Positions 12,048 through 22,552 of a DNA stretch of 64,000 nt are shown in pieces. A program made the position numbers and the translations under genes. Each line of letters begins with the position of its first letter. Positions within the stretch are counted from its first letter, which is position 1. The stretch spans positions 1,348,649-1,412,648 of the forward strand of contig OZ246977.1 of NCBI GenBank assembly GCA_965232465.1. The letters run 5' to 3'. The notes under the pieces were generated by a model, which saw nothing but the letters and a program-made list of their open reading frames with translations, searched no databases and was not told the DNA's origin. This DNA is from Alphaproteobacteria bacterium. GTDB lineage: Bacteria > Pseudomonadota > Alphaproteobacteria > JAQWUY01.

Positions 12048-13016
12048 CTATTTTCCTGCTACTTTCCCGAAAACATAATATAAAAAGGCTTTTTTTGTAT
12101 TATGCAACAGATTTTTTACCTGTGCCTTTCCTATGCACACCTGTATTAAATTGGCAAAAAAACATTTTATAGATTCTGATGCCATGGGATATTTTTGCAT
12201 ATGAGGGGCATACATATAATTCCCCATATCGTACCTTGTTGACAATATCCGACTAATTTCATGTATCCGCCAACCCGTCATATGTAAATCTAAACTGCCA
12301 ATACATTGTGCACGCTTATATTGTTGACAAGCAATAGTGGCAAATCGTACATAGGCAAAAACTGTCCAATACTGCAATCGATATGGGCATATCCGTATTT
12401 TAGTTCGGCGGGTATATTCCGATAAAAAGTATTGTTTTTGAAATTCTGTTAAAGTACCATTATGCCATATATCCAATATAAACCATGCTAAGTCTTCGTG
12501 TCTGTCGCCCATGTGGGCAAATTCCCAATCCAAAACAATGCCTGTATCAAGCACATTATCACACTTATAATCACCATGGACAGCCACTGGAGTAAAATCA
12601 GGAATATTATGTAACAACCATGTAAGGGCTGTTTGTAATGGTGGATATAACATGTGGGTATCTTGTAATACTTTTTTATATGTCGATAATCGCTGTGCTG
12701 TGTCCACATAAGGAATGGGTAATTTCAAACTGTGTATACGCTGTATATAATATGACAAATACCTTATACACACATTGTCCAATGCTTGGTATGTAAATAT
12801 ACTGCCCTTGTGGTATTTTAAATATATTATCGTGTTATCAATGTGTAAAACCGATGGGGCGTGATCGCCTTGTAATGCCATATAAACCGAAAATTCTTCA
12901 CAGGGGGTTAAGGTATCGACAATATCCATTTGTCCAAACATATGGCGGGGGTAACGGGCAACCATACCACTTTGTTTAATATGCGTATGCAAAGCCCCCC
13001 CATACAAACGAGTCAT
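12048..13016 (-). CDS. APH/ChoK-fold phosphotransferase, possibly a type II (Pseudomonas-type) homoserine kinase
   Basis: 322 aa with the Brenner catalytic motif HGDYKCDNVL. Family membership is solid; the substrate is inferred. Confidence 0.55.
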   Translation of the reverse strand: MTRLYGGALHTHIKQSGMVARYPRHMFGQMDIVDTLTPCEEFSVYMALQGDHAPSVLHIDNTIIYLKYHKGSIFTYQALDNVCIRYLSYYIQRIHSLKLPIPYVDTAQRLSTYKKVLQDTHMLYPPLQTALTWLLHNIPDFTPVAVHGDYKCDNVLDTGIVLDWEFAHMGDRHEDLAWFILDIWHNGTLTEFQKQYFLSEYTRRTKIRICPYRLQYWTVFAYVRFATIACQQYKRAQCIGSLDLHMTGWRIHEISRILSTRYDMGNYMYAPHMQKYPMASESIKCFFANLIQVCIGKAQVKNLLHNTKKAFLYYVFGKVAGK

Positions 13017-16000
13017 GCCCTATCCCCAATAACCATATGTGCCAATTCCCTTAAAATAGATTCTGTTCCTTTTATGCGTTGGGACAATGATTTCCAAGAT
13101 TTCACAACAACCAATTTTTGATCAGGGCGTAACTTTACCATACCTTTACTTTGTGAAATATAGGCAATCAGCTGTTCTGGTTTGGTAAAATTATTTTTAT
13201 AAAAGCTGATAACAATACCTTTGTTACCCACATCCACTTTGTCGATACCTGCATGTATACATAAAATTTTTAGGTGTACAATTTTTAATAAATTATGTAC
13301 AGTTTCTGGGATTGTACCAAATCGATCACCCATTTCAATGGTTATTTCATCACATTCTTGACGGTTTTCTACTCGACTTAAACGGCGATAAAACGATACT
13401 CTTTCGGATAAATCAGCAATATAGTCTTCGGGTATATAAATTGCCATACCGATTGATATTTTTGGGCTAAGTGTGTCCTCGACTGGGGGGGGATCATTAT
13501 CTGTACATTGTTGGCGTTTTAAGATTTCTTGTTCCAACATGCGTTGGTATAATTCCACGCCAACTTCCTGTACATGTCCCGATTGTTCCGCCCCCAATAG
13601 GTTCCCTGCCCCACGAATATCCAAATCGTGACTGGCAATATTAAACCCACAGCCCAAAGTATCCAAGCTGGCGATAACTTGCAGGCGTTTTTTTGCGTTT
13701 TCGTTTAATTTTTTATGCATATCTGTTGTCAAATAACAATACGCACGGATTTTGCTACGCCCAATCCGTCCCCGTAATTGGTAAAGTTGGCTCATACCAA
13801 ACATATCCGCCCGATAAATAACCATAGTATTTGCCGTTTTTACATCGATACCGCTTTCGATAATATTGGTGGAAATCAATATATCATAATTGCCATTGAT
13901 AAAATCCTCCATAAGGGTATCCAGTTCTTTGGCAGGCACCCCTCCATGGGCAATAGCAATGCGTAAATCAGGCACAAGGGCGGATACCTTTTTATATACT
14001 TCTCGTAAATCGGATACCCGTGGACAAACAAAATATGATTGTCCCCCCCGCCAGCGTTCACGCATCAAGGCTTCTTTAATAATCATACTGTCATATGTCA
14101 TGTTAAAGGTACGAATGGGCAATCGATCTAGGGGCGGTGTGGTCATAATGGACATGTCCCGTATCCCTGTTAAAGCGGTTTGTAAAGTACGGGGAATGGG
14201 GGTAGCGGATAAGGATAACATATGTACATTTTGTTTAATGCGTTTTAAGGATTCTTTTTGGGCAACGCCAAAACTTTGTTCTTCGTCAATAACAACTAAA
14301 CCAAGTTTTTTAAATTGTATAGTGCGGGCAAACAACCCGTGTGTACCGACGACTATGTCTAATGTACCATCCGCCAATTGCTGTTTAACCCTGTTGTTAT
14401 TTTTCGTGCCGGTCAATCGGGATAATTGTTCCACATTGATGGGCAATCCCTTAAATCTGTTACATAAAGTATTATAATGTTGTCGTACCAACAATGTGGT
14501 GGGGGCAACAATGGCGACTTGTGTATTGTTCATAATGGCACAAAATATTGCTCGCATGGCAACTTCGGTTTTACCAAAACCCACATCGCCACAAATCAAC
14601 CTGTCCATTGGTGTGCCACGGATTAAATCATCCAATACATCATCAATGGCACAGGCTTGGTCATCAGTGGGGATATATGGAAAAGATTCACAAAATTCAT
14701 CATATAGCCCTTGTGGTGCGGGAAATCGATCGCCCTTTTTTAAGTTCCGCTCCGCCGCCACCGCAATTAACGCATCCGCCATTTTTCCCAAACGGTCCTG
14801 CAAGCGTTTTTTGCGGGCATTCCATGCCCCTCCGCCCAATTTGTCTAATTGCACCGTATCGCTTGCTTCGCCATATCTGGACAATATATCGATATTTTCC
14901 ACAGGTACAAATATGGCGTCACCTCCTGCAAATAATATTTTAACACAATCATGTAACATCCCATTAATGCTAAGGGTCTCCAGCCCTTCATATCGTCCAA
15001 TACCAGAAGTGGCATGCACGATCAAATCACCTGATTCCATAGTAGTATAATCTGTAATAAAATTGGCATTACGGCGACGACGGGCATTTTTCAAAATTTT
15101 TTCGCCTAATATATCTTGTTGCGATATAAGGGTATAGTTTTTCGACTCAAAACCTGCACCAATAGGAATAACCCCAACGCCTATGCCTTTAATATGTGGA
15201 ATTTCATTTACACTTTGAATCTCTGTCACCTTAAAGCCAAAATCGGTTAAATATGCACCAATGCGTTCCATTTCCCCCATGCTGTTACATGCCACAATGA
15301 TGGGTTTTTTATGTGCAATAACATAATCTTTAAAGACCTGCCACACCCCATCCCCCTGCACACGGGTAGTGGTAAAATCCATACTGGTACCAATGGGTAG
15401 ATTTTGCCCCTTAGGCACAGGCGATTGATGACATCTGATGATTGTACGGTTGTGCATGTATCGCCCCATAGTATTCCCGTCGATATACATATCTGTGGCG
15501 GGTACAGGACGGTATACCCCTTCCATATCTATATTGTGTGTTTTGTATTGTTGTAAACGGCTGGTATAATATGCGGAAATATCATCATAACGGTTGTATA
15601 ACGCAGATTCCGCATTATTGGCAAATACAACCGGACTAGCAATAGGGATATAATCAAACAAAGTCTCCAATTTATCGTAAAACATGGGCATCCAGTGTTC
15701 ATATCCTTTATATGGCATGCCACGGCTAATGGAATCATATAAGGGATCGTTCATTACTTGGATACCAAAGGCAGAACGATATTTTTTACGAAACGATTGT
15801 ACAGTGTCGTCGTTAATAAGGATTTCGCTGGCGGGACAGAGGATACATTCCTTCACAGATTGTAATGATTTTTGACTCATCACATCAAAGGTACGGATAC
15901 TTTCCAAATCTGTATCAAATAAATCCAAACGAAACGGATGCGGATAATGGGGTGGGAATATATCAATAATTCCCCCACGAATGGCAAATTCCCCCTGTTC

Positions 16001-16459
16001 ATGTACAGTGGGAGTGTTACGAAATCCATTATTTATCAAAAATAAATGTAACTGTTGGACATCGACGGTATCCCCTGTTTGTATGTACTTTACTTTGTCT
16101 TGAAGGATATATCGGGGCATAAGCCGTTGGGTCAAGGCATCAACCGTTGTCAAAAGTATATGTTTAGCAGTACGGTCACCAATAAGATGGGATAAAACAC
16201 TACATCGATTAGCACTGATACACGAGGATGGTCCGACCCGATCATAAGGCAGACAATCCCAGCTATCGAACCGTAAAACAGACACCCCTTGTGTATTAAA
16301 AAATTCCAGCGTTTGTTCTATGACTGTAATTTCTTTCGCAGAAGTTCCTACAAACAATGTTGTTTCGCCTGTGTTATGGTACACATCCAGCAATACTTGT
16401 GGCACATAAGATGGCAACACTCGTCCCAGTGCCTGATCAGTATTCGGGAAAATTTTCAT
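13013..16459 (-). CDS. mfd: Transcription-repair coupling factor
   Basis: 1148 aa with UvrB-homology N-terminus, RNA-polymerase-interaction domain, superfamily-2 helicase motifs (GDVGFGKTEVA, DEEQSFGV) and TRCF C-terminus. Confidence 0.95.
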   Translation of the reverse strand: MKIFPNTDQALGRVLPSYVPQVLLDVYHNTGETTLFVGTSAKEITVIEQTLEFFNTQGVSVLRFDSWDCLPYDRVGPSSCISANRCSVLSHLIGDRTAKHILLTTVDALTQRLMPRYILQDKVKYIQTGDTVDVQQLHLFLINNGFRNTPTVHEQGEFAIRGGIIDIFPPHYPHPFRLDLFDTDLESIRTFDVMSQKSLQSVKECILCPASEILINDDTVQSFRKKYRSAFGIQVMNDPLYDSISRGMPYKGYEHWMPMFYDKLETLFDYIPIASPVVFANNAESALYNRYDDISAYYTSRLQQYKTHNIDMEGVYRPVPATDMYIDGNTMGRYMHNRTIIRCHQSPVPKGQNLPIGTSMDFTTTRVQGDGVWQVFKDYVIAHKKPIIVACNSMGEMERIGAYLTDFGFKVTEIQSVNEIPHIKGIGVGVIPIGAGFESKNYTLISQQDILGEKILKNARRRRNANFITDYTTMESGDLIVHATSGIGRYEGLETLSINGMLHDCVKILFAGGDAIFVPVENIDILSRYGEASDTVQLDKLGGGAWNARKKRLQDRLGKMADALIAVAAERNLKKGDRFPAPQGLYDEFCESFPYIPTDDQACAIDDVLDDLIRGTPMDRLICGDVGFGKTEVAMRAIFCAIMNNTQVAIVAPTTLLVRQHYNTLCNRFKGLPINVEQLSRLTGTKNNNRVKQQLADGTLDIVVGTHGLFARTIQFKKLGLVVIDEEQSFGVAQKESLKRIKQNVHMLSLSATPIPRTLQTALTGIRDMSIMTTPPLDRLPIRTFNMTYDSMIIKEALMRERWRGGQSYFVCPRVSDLREVYKKVSALVPDLRIAIAHGGVPAKELDTLMEDFINGNYDILISTNIIESGIDVKTANTMVIYRADMFGMSQLYQLRGRIGRSKIRAYCYLTTDMHKKLNENAKKRLQVIASLDTLGCGFNIASHDLDIRGAGNLLGAEQSGHVQEVGVELYQRMLEQEILKRQQCTDNDPPPVEDTLSPKISIGMAIYIPEDYIADLSERVSFYRRLSRVENRQECDEITIEMGDRFGTIPETVHNLLKIVHLKILCIHAGIDKVDVGNKGIVISFYKNNFTKPEQLIAYISQSKGMVKLRPDQKLVVVKSWKSLSQRIKGTESILRELAHMVIGDRA

Positions 16460-16716
16460 TTTATCAAGCTATCTGTATACTTTATCAATTTATCGACTAT
16501 GTCTTGAAATTTTGGATGTGGGCATTGTTGATACCGCACCATATACAGTATATTTTGGTCGGTCAGTTCCAAAAATTCCAGTAACAGGTTCAATTCTGTA
16601 TCACTAGCATTGGGGACAAAGTGTGCAGAAAAACCCTGTAACAATTGGTTACCCTCAAGCGTACCACGATATTTAGCTTTGTAAAGAATTTTTTTTTGTA
16701 CATCTGACTTTTGCAT
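16456..16716 (-). CDS. sdhE: FAD assembly factor SdhE (succinate dehydrogenase assembly factor 2, DUF339)
   Basis: Small protein with the conserved RGxxE motif (YRGTLEGNQLL). Immediately upstream of mfd and divergent from recG, the usual alphaproteobacterial arrangement. ATG 16716 preferred over the longer track start. Confidence 0.6.
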   Translation of the reverse strand: MQKSDVQKKILYKAKYRGTLEGNQLLQGFSAHFVPNASDTELNLLLEFLELTDQNILYMVRYQQCPHPKFQDIVDKLIKYTDSLIK

Positions 16717-16763
16717 GTATAATATATACACTAAAAATATAAATGATACAAGGATGGGCACAT

Positions 16764-18830
16764 ATGCGACCAGAATCTTTATTTGGATTATTCAGCCCTA
16801 TTACCGCCTTAAATGGCGTTGGGCAAAAGACGGCGGATGCGGTGGGCAATCTGTGTGGCAATCGAGTCATAGATGTTTTAAAACATATTCCAAGGGATTA
16901 TATCACCCGCACCCACTTCGATAATATCGCCCTTGCAATATTTGGGGATATACCCATATTACAAGTTACTATACAAAGACACATCGTTCCCCCCCGACAC
17001 AGCAAATCTCCATATCGCTTGGTAGTGGGCGATGATACAGGCACATTAGACCTGATATATTTTAAAGCAGGCGAATCCTATATGAAAAAAAATTATGCTG
17101 TTGGTGATTCGGTTTTTGTGTCCGGACGGTTGGAAATCCACAACGATTGTAAACAGATTATCCACCCAGATTATGTGGAAAAAGACATTTTAAAAATTCC
17201 TTTGTGTTCGCCCATATATACGCAATCTGCACGGATTTCTTCAAAAATGATTCATAAAATTGCTTTGCAATGTTTACAAAAAATATCCCCCTTAGACGAA
17301 TGGATTGACCCTACATTGATACAAAAATATACCTTTATGCCATTTGGACAAGCATTGCACACCTTGCACAATCCTCCTGATACTTCCCTTATTGAACCCG
17401 CCCGCCGCCGCTTAGCCTATGACGAAATGCTATCATCACAAATTACCATTACTCTGTCACGCAACAGACGGCAAAAAAATATGGGGATGGCTGTGCAAGG
17501 GGATGGGCATTTACGTAAAAAATTGACAAACGCCCTACCCTATGATTTGACCAATGCCCAACACCAATCATTACAAGATATTTATACAGATATGGCACAA
17601 TGTGTTGCCATGAATCGCCTATTACAAGGGGATGTGGGTGCGGGTAAAACTTTGGTTGCCCTGATGGCGATGTTGAATACAGCGGAATGTGGGTATCAAT
17701 CGGTTATTCTCGCCCCTACCGAAGTATTGGCAGATCAACATTATCATAATATACAAAATTTAATACGCCAAGCCAACCTGCCATTAAGCATTGGGGTTTT
17801 AACAGGGCGTATCAAAGGAAAGATCCGTACAGAAATTTTAAAAAATTTGCAATCGGGACAGATTCATATCCTAATTGGTACCCATGCGTTGTTCCAAGAT
17901 GGGGTCAACTATAATAATTTGGCGTTATGTGTGATTGATGAACAACATCGTTTTGGTGTCGAACAACGGGCATCATTGATGGCAAAAGGCAATCATCCAC
18001 ATGTATTAAGCATGACGGCAACACCGATTCCTCGCACTTTGTTAATGACCGCTTTTGGTGATATGGAAACATCCCAATTATATGAAAAACCTGTGGGACG
18101 ACATGCCATTGATACACGGGTGATTCCCATTGCAAAAATCGATGACATTGCCTGTGCATTGCATCGGGTAATACAAAACGATAACCAAATATATTGGGTG
18201 TGCCCATTGGTGGAAGAATCAGAAAAACTCGATGTAACAGCTACAGAAAACAGGTACGCATATTTATGTCGTATATTTGGCAATGACATGGTAACAATGG
18301 TACATGGCAAAATGAAATCGGTGGAAAAACAACATGCTATGAAATTATTTAATCAAGGTATGGCAAAAATTATGGTGGCGACCACGGTTATTGAAGTGGG
18401 TGTGGATGTACCAAATGCCACAGTCATGATTATTGAACAAGCGGAACGATTCGGGCTGAGCCAACTGCACCAATTGCGGGGACGTGTTGGACGGGGACAG
18501 GATAAATCATCTTGTATCTTAATATATAAAACATTAAATTCTGTATCACAAAATCGACTCAGAGTTATCAGAAACACAGACGATGGATTTGAAATTGCTG
18601 AGCAAGACTTAAAATTACGGGGACCAGGGGATATATTAGGCACACAACAAAGCGGTATTCCCACCATGGCGTATGCGGATATGATCAGGGACAACGACCT
18701 ATTAGAAACTGCCCGCAAAGATGCTCAATATATTTTAAACAAAAATCCAAATTTGGTCGACAATATGGGTATGCAAATTCGAAATTTGTTGTATATTTTT
18801 GAAATGGAAAAATCGCTTATTGGCATTTAA
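16764..18830 (+). CDS. recG: ATP-dependent DNA helicase RecG
   Basis: Wedge domain plus SF2 helicase motifs (GDVGAGKT, DEQHRFGV, QLRGRVGRG). ATG 16764 (MRPESLF) has an AAGGA ribosome-binding site. Confidence 0.9.
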   Translation: MRPESLFGLFSPITALNGVGQKTADAVGNLCGNRVIDVLKHIPRDYITRTHFDNIALAIFGDIPILQVTIQRHIVPPRHSKSPYRLVVGDDTGTLDLIYFKAGESYMKKNYAVGDSVFVSGRLEIHNDCKQIIHPDYVEKDILKIPLCSPIYTQSARISSKMIHKIALQCLQKISPLDEWIDPTLIQKYTFMPFGQALHTLHNPPDTSLIEPARRRLAYDEMLSSQITITLSRNRRQKNMGMAVQGDGHLRKKLTNALPYDLTNAQHQSLQDIYTDMAQCVAMNRLLQGDVGAGKTLVALMAMLNTAECGYQSVILAPTEVLADQHYHNIQNLIRQANLPLSIGVLTGRIKGKIRTEILKNLQSGQIHILIGTHALFQDGVNYNNLALCVIDEQHRFGVEQRASLMAKGNHPHVLSMTATPIPRTLLMTAFGDMETSQLYEKPVGRHAIDTRVIPIAKIDDIACALHRVIQNDNQIYWVCPLVEESEKLDVTATENRYAYLCRIFGNDMVTMVHGKMKSVEKQHAMKLFNQGMAKIMVATTVIEVGVDVPNATVMIIEQAERFGLSQLHQLRGRVGRGQDKSSCILIYKTLNSVSQNRLRVIRNTDDGFEIAEQDLKLRGPGDILGTQQSGIPTMAYADMIRDNDLLETARKDAQYILNKNPNLVDNMGMQIRNLLYIFEMEKSLIGI

Positions 18831-18879
18831 ATAAAAATGTCTTGTATTTTTATCGCATACCATGTATATGTGGTGTACT

Positions 18880-19338
18880 ATGTTAATAAAAAAATTTACT
18901 ATTTTAGCCATTGCTGCATTCACTTTATCTGGATGCATTTTCAGTTCGATTACCGAAAATAATATTGAAGCCCATGGATATGTACCCAATATTGATCAAA
19001 TTCAGTCTATGCGTACAGAACAACCCACTAAGCAGCAGGTACAATCTGTACTTGGAAAACCTTTTGTGGTCGACATATATGATAATAATTATTGGTATTA
19101 TCTGTTTTACAGAACCAAACAATATGGATTTTCCGCCAAAAAAATTATGGATTTTAAACTAGTGGAAATATCATTCAACGAAGAACAGGTACAATCTGTT
19201 ACCGAATATAATCAATCCATATTACAAGATATTGACTATAATACATCACAAAGTGAAACAGGTGGTAAAACATTGGGTATTATTGAACAGGTTGTCGGCA
19301 ATATTGGTAAAGTCCGCACCCAACAAAAACAACGATAA
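18880..19338 (+). CDS. bamE: Outer-membrane lipoprotein, BamE/SmpA-like
   Basis: Lipobox LSGC after a signal peptide. Conserved stretch VQSVLGKPFVVDIYDNNYWYY resembles BamE. Confidence 0.6.
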   Translation: MLIKKFTILAIAAFTLSGCIFSSITENNIEAHGYVPNIDQIQSMRTEQPTKQQVQSVLGKPFVVDIYDNNYWYYLFYRTKQYGFSAKKIMDFKLVEISFNEEQVQSVTEYNQSILQDIDYNTSQSETGGKTLGIIEQVVGNIGKVRTQQKQR

Positions 19339-19483
19339 TACACAATAAACATAAAATTACCCACACCCACTCTTTGGGTGTCGGGGGGTGTATCCATAGG
19401 TAATATGGTGCTCGATGCCATTAACAAAATCGGTATAGGTTGTTGATATATACAATTAAATAAGCAATACTTTACAACTTATA

Positions 19484-19511
19484 AAGGGGCTGTAAAAAGC
19501 CCTTTTTTATT
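19484..19511. terminator. Bidirectional rho-independent terminator between bamE and ftsA
   Basis: gggct-gtaaaa-agccc hairpin flanked by A- and T-runs. Confidence 0.65.
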
Positions 19512-19554
19512 TCCCTGTCACGAAGTCGTTTGTGGCAAACCCAAACATTACAAA

Positions 19555-20769
19555 TTATTTTATAACCCATTGCCAAATACGGCAGATCTTGGTGCCTGTG
19601 TATTTTTTGTTATATGATAGGTTTTCCAATGATATGTGGTGAGCACTATATTTTATCAACCCCACCAGTGCAGCACTTATAAAATTAGAATCGCTATGAT
19701 TCTTTAATACTTTTTTTGGGAGGATCCCAATACGCACATTGGCATCCATGACAGTGCTTACCAAATCGGTGATTCCATCGGTTTGCGAACCGCCTCCGGT
19801 CAGAACAATGCGTTTTATATGTCCGAACTGCTTGGGAATGTTATGTTTGATATTTTCGAACATTTTAGTATATTCTTGTGCCATAATTTTACTAATTTGT
19901 CCTAGCGTAATATAATATTCTTTATTTTGTTCCCCCATACGATTATATGCCATAGGACGGTTGGCATCCATATGGGGTAAGTCCGCCACCCACACCGTAC
20001 CTTGTTTTATAAATTTTTCGGTACATTCCCGACGCATAGCAGTTTCCCCCTCAATCCGCTTGATAATATCACCCGCCCCAAATACAAAGTCTTTACACCA
20101 CACCAATGCCCCTTGATAAAACAAACTGACCGCCATGTTTAAATGCCCTATATCGATACACATGACATAATCTAAGTCAAATTCCTGTTCATTCAACACA
20201 GCCAATGCGGACATATACCCATTCACAGCAATACGGTGTATGTTTACATCCAAATCTTCAAACACCGAATGGATATTCTTTAATATAGCTGAATCCCCAC
20301 GGCACACCAAAACATAGACCGTTAAGTTTTTTCCCGCCAATTTATGCGGTTTTTTTGTAAGGATAGTATCGACAATATATGTAAAGGGTGCAATATGCAA
20401 AAAATCCCTATGGTTGTCCCTATTATCTTGTTCGAAAACTTTTATACACTGACCGATAACCTTGTTTATATCATTTGGTGTTACATGTCCACTGTCGATA
20501 TGTACAGTGGATTTTTTCCATGTGCTGATTGTTTTTAAACCCGATACAGTACACCATACTTTAATATATTTTTTCCGCGTTTTTTTGCGAATTTGTTGCA
20601 ATATTTTCGATACAGTACACACCGCCATATCATGGTCAGTAATCTGTCCATTTTCAAAGCCCTTTGATTCTATCATAGATGCAGTCTCTATAACCACATT
20701 GCCATTTTTATCGACCATACCAATGGCACACGATATCTTATATGCACCTATATCAATCGCCAATATCAT
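19555..20769 (-). CDS. ftsA: Cell division protein FtsA
   Basis: Actin-fold ATPase with N-terminal ILAIDIGAYKISCAIG. Confidence 0.9.
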   Translation of the reverse strand: MILAIDIGAYKISCAIGMVDKNGNVVIETASMIESKGFENGQITDHDMAVCTVSKILQQIRKKTRKKYIKVWCTVSGLKTISTWKKSTVHIDSGHVTPNDINKVIGQCIKVFEQDNRDNHRDFLHIAPFTYIVDTILTKKPHKLAGKNLTVYVLVCRGDSAILKNIHSVFEDLDVNIHRIAVNGYMSALAVLNEQEFDLDYVMCIDIGHLNMAVSLFYQGALVWCKDFVFGAGDIIKRIEGETAMRRECTEKFIKQGTVWVADLPHMDANRPMAYNRMGEQNKEYYITLGQISKIMAQEYTKMFENIKHNIPKQFGHIKRIVLTGGGSQTDGITDLVSTVMDANVRIGILPKKVLKNHSDSNFISAALVGLIKYSAHHISLENLSYNKKYTGTKICRIWQWVIK

Positions 20770-21596
20770 GCGGATTTATCCTCGCACTGTTTCTTAAAAC
20801 ATATACTCACCCGCCCTTCAATGCGTAAATCAATGGTGTCAATCGAGCGGGCAAGTAAATCCTTTTTCTGTACAAGTTGCCCCAATAATACCCACGCCTG
20901 TTTGGGGTTTTTCGCTGGCAAGTGCACCCGAATGTCCCCTTGTAAGATAACATCCCAACGGCGTTTTGATATGTATTCAGCCGATTGTACAATCGGTTTT
21001 AAATTTGTGTCGGTGTTTATGAAATCAAAAAATGTGGACACCTGTGTTTCCACATCTTCGCCTAACAATACTTTTAGGTGAGAAAATTGATCAATATTGT
21101 CTTGACCGATATGCATACCTTCGCCATCAATTAAGGTAAATGTCCCTTTGCGTTGTAATACAGCAACTGGTATGCGTTCGGTTATATGCACATACAAAGT
21201 ATCAGGGTAAGTCCTTGATATTCTTACATTTTTGACCCAGCCAAGATGGGCAATGCGCTGTTGCATAGCAGATATATCCACCATAAACATAGACATTTTT
21301 GTATCTTGCAGACCGATCGCCCGCATTATTTCCGCTTGGTTGGTGTATTTTCTGCCTTCCAGCATTAAGTTTTGCACTTGCAATCCTGTTTTTTCTATGA
21401 ACTGGGATGCCAACTTTTTTGATATGGCATTCAAGTATGGAATATACAACACAGCAACACAGATGATAATAAAGGTCACCCCCACCCCCCACTGCCAAGG
21501 TTTTAGGCGACCATATACCCACCGTAATATAAACAAAATCCCCATATATTTTAAGAGTATTTGTACGATTTTGATTATTTCTGACACTTTTTGCAT
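20766..21596 (-). CDS. ftsQ: Cell division protein FtsQ (POTRA domain)
   Basis: Single TM then a POTRA-like periplasmic domain. Sits between ddl and ftsA. Confidence 0.7.
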   Translation of the reverse strand: MQKVSEIIKIVQILLKYMGILFILRWVYGRLKPWQWGVGVTFIIICVAVLYIPYLNAISKKLASQFIEKTGLQVQNLMLEGRKYTNQAEIMRAIGLQDTKMSMFMVDISAMQQRIAHLGWVKNVRISRTYPDTLYVHITERIPVAVLQRKGTFTLIDGEGMHIGQDNIDQFSHLKVLLGEDVETQVSTFFDFINTDTNLKPIVQSAEYISKRRWDVILQGDIRVHLPAKNPKQAWVLLGQLVQKKDLLARSIDTIDLRIEGRVSICFKKQCEDKSA

Positions 21597-22552
21597 CCAT
21601 CCCCCTGTGCATTGGTTTGTACATCTGTTTTTGCCATTTGTAATATTTTTAACAATAACTGTAAAAACGACATACCTGTTGCCTTGGCTTGTTCAGGTAA
21701 CAACGAAAGATTCGTCATTCCTGGGTGGGTATTAGTTTCCAAAGTGGCAATATACCCTGTATCTGGGTCATAACGAAAATCCGTTCGTGATACCCCACGG
21801 CACCCCAACAATGTATGTGCCATAAGGGCATACGATTTTAAAGCATCCACCACCTTATCATCAACGGATACCCCATTACACATATGCACAGTTTTTCCAT
21901 CTGTATATTTTGCTTCATAATCATATACGCCACTGTGGGGTATAAGTTCCGTAATGCCAATTGGGTGGTCATCGACAACAGATACTGTTAATTCAGTACC
22001 TGATATAAATTTTTCCACCATAATATCCCCATATTGCCAATCGGTAAAATCGGGTATATCAGTGGGTTTATGCACAATATACAGCCCTACACTGCTTCCT
22101 TGTTTGGCGGGTTTTATTACATAAGGCATGGGAAATGGCAAGGAATTTGGATTAAAATCTTCTGCGTGCATCCGCACAGATGGAGCAACGGGTATGCCCG
22201 CATATTGAAACCTGCGGATGGTTTGTGGTTTATCCATGGCAATTTTTGATGCCCTGTATCCACTGTGCGTATATGGAATTTGCAAATTGTTTAAAATCGC
22301 CTGTATTCCCCCATCTTCGCCAAAAGTCCCATGCAACGCATTAAATACTATATCAGGGGCAGGGGTTAATTGTTTACAAATTATATCTGTATTATCTGTA
22401 TCAATAACAATGCGTAATACCATATATCCTGATTGTTCCAAGCAATCGGCAATCGCCTTTCCACTGTCCATGCTGATTTCACATTCGGCGGAGATACCCC
22501 CCATAACAACAGCGATAATCGTTTGTTTATCAATATGTATAGTGTTGCTCAT
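21575..22552 (-). CDS. ddl: D-alanine--D-alanine ligase
   Basis: ATP-grasp ligase; N-terminal IAVVMGGISAECEISMDSG. Confidence 0.9.
   Translation of the reverse strand: MSNTIHIDKQTIIAVVMGGISAECEISMDSGKAIADCLEQSGYMVLRIVIDTDNTDIICKQLTPAPDIVFNALHGTFGEDGGIQAILNNLQIPYTHSGYRASKIAMDKPQTIRRFQYAGIPVAPSVRMHAEDFNPNSLPFPMPYVIKPAKQGSSVGLYIVHKPTDIPDFTDWQYGDIMVEKFISGTELTVSVVDDHPIGITELIPHSGVYDYEAKYTDGKTVHMCNGVSVDDKVVDALKSYALMAHTLLGCRGVSRTDFRYDPDTGYIATLETNTHPGMTNLSLLPEQAKATGMSFLQLLLKILQMAKTDVQTNAQGDGCKKCQK

Noticed and set aside
16743-16763. The longer RecG N-terminus from the track start at 16743.
   Set aside because: The internal ATG 16764 has an AAGGA ribosome-binding site and gives the conserved MRPE..LF RecG N-terminus. 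The extension would overlap the sdhE start region.
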